NCBI GenBank assembly: GCA_947489315.1
Contig: CANLCX010000007.1
Span: 40,143 to 104,142, forward strand
DNA length: 64,000 nucleotides
Direction of reading: 5' to 3'
Source of the DNA: an uncultured Sphingomonadaceae bacterium
GTDB lineage: Bacteria; Pseudomonadota; Alphaproteobacteria; Sphingomonadales; Sphingomonadaceae
The notes below the pieces were generated by a model that was not told where the DNA came from, made no database searches, and worked only from the letters and a program-made list of their open reading frames with translations. The position numbers were made by a program, and so were the translations under genes. This document shows positions 62,124 to 64,000 of the stretch, piece by piece (the first letter of the stretch is position 1; every line of letters begins with the position of its first letter).

Positions 62124-63257
62124 CTAAATCTCATCCACCAATTCCGCCAACGTCGCTAGGCATTCGCGCGCCAGTAATTTGCAGCGTTCCGGTGACCAGC
62201 CCTGTTCGCTATCCGGTAGATCGCGATTATCTTTGAACGGCATTTCCAATGTCATCGCTATGGCGCCAAAGCGTTCGGCGACTTGGTTGGTGGACATGGA
62301 GAGGTTGGCCTTGCCTTTGGCAGCGGTGGGGTAGCCGAGTTTGGTTTGGAAATCGGGCGTGCGGGCTGCCAGCCGATCGCGATAGGCGTTATATTTGCGG
62401 CCCATTTCGTCGGTCCAGCTGGGGATGCCTTCAAACCCTGCGATAAACGCCGCCGGAATGGCCTCATCGCCGTGCACATCCATGGCAAAATCGACGCCGC
62501 TTTCATCCATAGCACCCCGAACGCACAAGACTTCCGGGCTTTTCTCGGGGCTGGGTTCATGCCATTCGCGGTTGAGGTTGGTGCCTGTATTATTGGTTCG
62601 TAAATGACCTGCGAACGAACCATCCGGGTTCATATTGGGTACAATATGAAATTGGCATTGTTGCAATAAAGCGCGGGCATGCGGGTCGGTCGGATCGGCA
62701 AGCATTTCCAGCGCGCCCTCCATCCACCACTCGGCCATGCTCTCACCTGGATGCTGGCGGGCGTAGAGCCAGACTTGTTTCTCGCCATCCCCCATCGAAA
62801 GGCAATCAATCGGCTGCCCTCCCAATGAATGGCCCAAAGTACGGCATGTGACGCCTTCTACGGATGCCACCTCGGCAATCAAATCATGATGACGGTCCAT
62901 GCTATAAGGCGCGAAATAGGCGAACCAGATGATATTGCTGGTGGCAGTATAGCTTATGGAAAGCGTGCCTTTATCCTCATCATAGCTGCTGTCGGCGCGA
63001 CCCCAATATTCGCGGTCTTCGCTGACACAGGCCTTATATCCGGGCCATCCTTGCGGATAGGCGGAATCTTTCAGGCCATTGATATTCAATTCGAGCGTAT
63101 CTCCGATTTCGCATGTGACGCGAAAGTGGAACCACTGGCGAAACTCGCTGTCTTTGTCCTTGCGGATGGATAGCTCGGCTGTGGTGCCGGCAATCTCGTG
63201 GACGTTGATGTTGCCGCTATCAAAAGCGGCGGTGATCTGGATATTTTTGGTGCTCAT
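62124..63257 (-). CDS. M14 family metallocarboxypeptidase (cytosolic carboxypeptidase-like)
   Basis: Beta-sandwich N-terminal domain followed by zinc motif [11 protein letters not shown] and later DVHGDE. Confidence 0.7.
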   Translation of the reverse strand: MSTKNIQITAAFDSGNINVHEIAGTTAELSIRKDKDSEFRQWFHFRVTCEIGDTLELNINGLKDSAYPQGWPGYKACVSEDREYWGRADSSYDEDKGTLSISYTATSNIIWFAYFAPYSMDRHHDLIAEVASVEGVTCRTLGHSLGGQPIDCLSMGDGEKQVWLYARQHPGESMAEWWMEGALEMLADPTDPHARALLQQCQFHIVPNMNPDGSFAGHLRTNNTGTNLNREWHEPSPEKSPEVLCVRGAMDESGVDFAMDVHGDEAIPAAFIAGFEGIPSWTDEMGRKYNAYRDRLAARTPDFQTKLGYPTAAKGKANLSMSTNQVAERFGAIAMTLEMPFKDNRDLPDSEQGWSPERCKLLARECLATLAELVDEI

Positions 63258-63856
63258 GGCACTCTGATAGTGGTTCCTGACTCTCCGGGGAAGTCCCTGA
63301 ATAACGCTTCAGCCAATTTAGCAGCTGCCAGACCGGGTTGGGATGCTGGTGAGCCGTCTTTGGCCTCTACCGATGAACGGCCTTCCCAGACGGTCTCGCC
63401 ATCTGCGCGGCGGGCGATGCGAACAGATAATTCGGTTGCTATTTTGTCCTTGGGTTTTCCGCTCAGATTAATACCGATTCCCACACCAAGCCCGGATCCA
63501 TAGCTGCCGGTGCTACCGCCAACACCAACCGATACCGGAGAACGGCCACCGCCAGCGGATAGTCGGCTTTGCTCGACAGAGACGCGGGCGACATATTCAC
63601 CATTGGCGGCATCGGTCCCGGGATCGGAAAATCCAACGCGCTGCAATTCTCGCCGGACCGCTGCTTCATATGTGCCTTGCTCTAATGCTCGGCCCTCGGT
63701 CACATCGGAAGTCGAGACAATAGCTACGGTTCCGGGCGTTATCTGGCCGTTCGGTGCATTGTGAAAGCGGGTGACATCCACCGGCGGCGTTGTCGCGACA
63801 CAGGCGGTCATCGACAAGGATAAGGCTGCGATCCCAAAAAGCTTTTGTAGTGACAT
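63254..63856 (-). CDS. putative lipoprotein
   Basis: Lipobox LSMTAC after [13 protein letters not shown]; GGGAG Shine-Dalgarno before the ATG at 63856; 4-nt overlap with the downstream carboxypeptidase gene. Confidence 0.55.
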   Translation of the reverse strand: MSLQKLFGIAALSLSMTACVATTPPVDVTRFHNAPNGQITPGTVAIVSTSDVTEGRALEQGTYEAAVRRELQRVGFSDPGTDAANGEYVARVSVEQSRLSAGGGRSPVSVGVGGSTGSYGSGLGVGIGINLSGKPKDKIATELSVRIARRADGETVWEGRSSVEAKDGSPASQPGLAAAKLAEALFRDFPGESGTTIRVP

Positions 63857-64000
63857 AATTTCCAACTCCCGACCAACTGTGCGCTATCTTAGCTCAAATT
63901 CTAATATACAGGCGTAAATAATTGCATCCGTATGGCTCTATGGTTAACCGAATGAGGACTTTTCCCCGATATGACGTCTAACTTATCGGATTTTTGAGGA

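Overview
The window looks like an alphaproteobacterial chromosome segment. Synteny and protein signatures suggest Sphingomonadales, but that is inference only. I found no rRNA genes and no CRISPR array.

Positions 1-30.8 kb are ordinary core genome on both strands: two tRNAs, ftsEX, plsC-like, tyrC-hisC, metXW, prfC, pheST, rplT-rpmI, hisN-like, prs, nadE, gltX, tonB-like and ribDE. The notable oddity is that pheS and pheT each carry an in-frame GC-rich palindromic repeat element, from two different sequence families.

A tRNA-Ser(GCT) at 30.8 kb is followed by a heavily decayed integrative/conjugative element (30.9-37.6 kb):
- a P4-type integrase with an in-frame TGA at a Trp position;
- an apparently intact AlpA;
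- a multiply frameshifted DUF3363-type relaxase;
- lytic transglycosylase, TrbG and DUF2274 remnants;
- an IS3-family transposase fragment;
- a degraded, inverted second copy of wecC.

From 37.9 to 62.1 kb lies a visibly AT-rich Wzx/Wzy-dependent surface-polysaccharide locus. It contains:
- an O-antigen-ligase-like protein, Wza-like and Wzc-like proteins, and an unknown membrane-anchored protein;
- four glycosyltransferases, an EpsG-type polymerase and Wzx;
- an FdtA/B/C-like module and rmlACDB;
- a secreted beta-helix protein and an SDR-phosphoglycosyltransferase fusion;
- a 1.2 kb gene-free gap, then wecB-wecC.

Core genes resume at 62.1 kb with an M14 carboxypeptidase and a lipoprotein. All calls come from reading the ORF translations and the DNA by eye; no database search was run.
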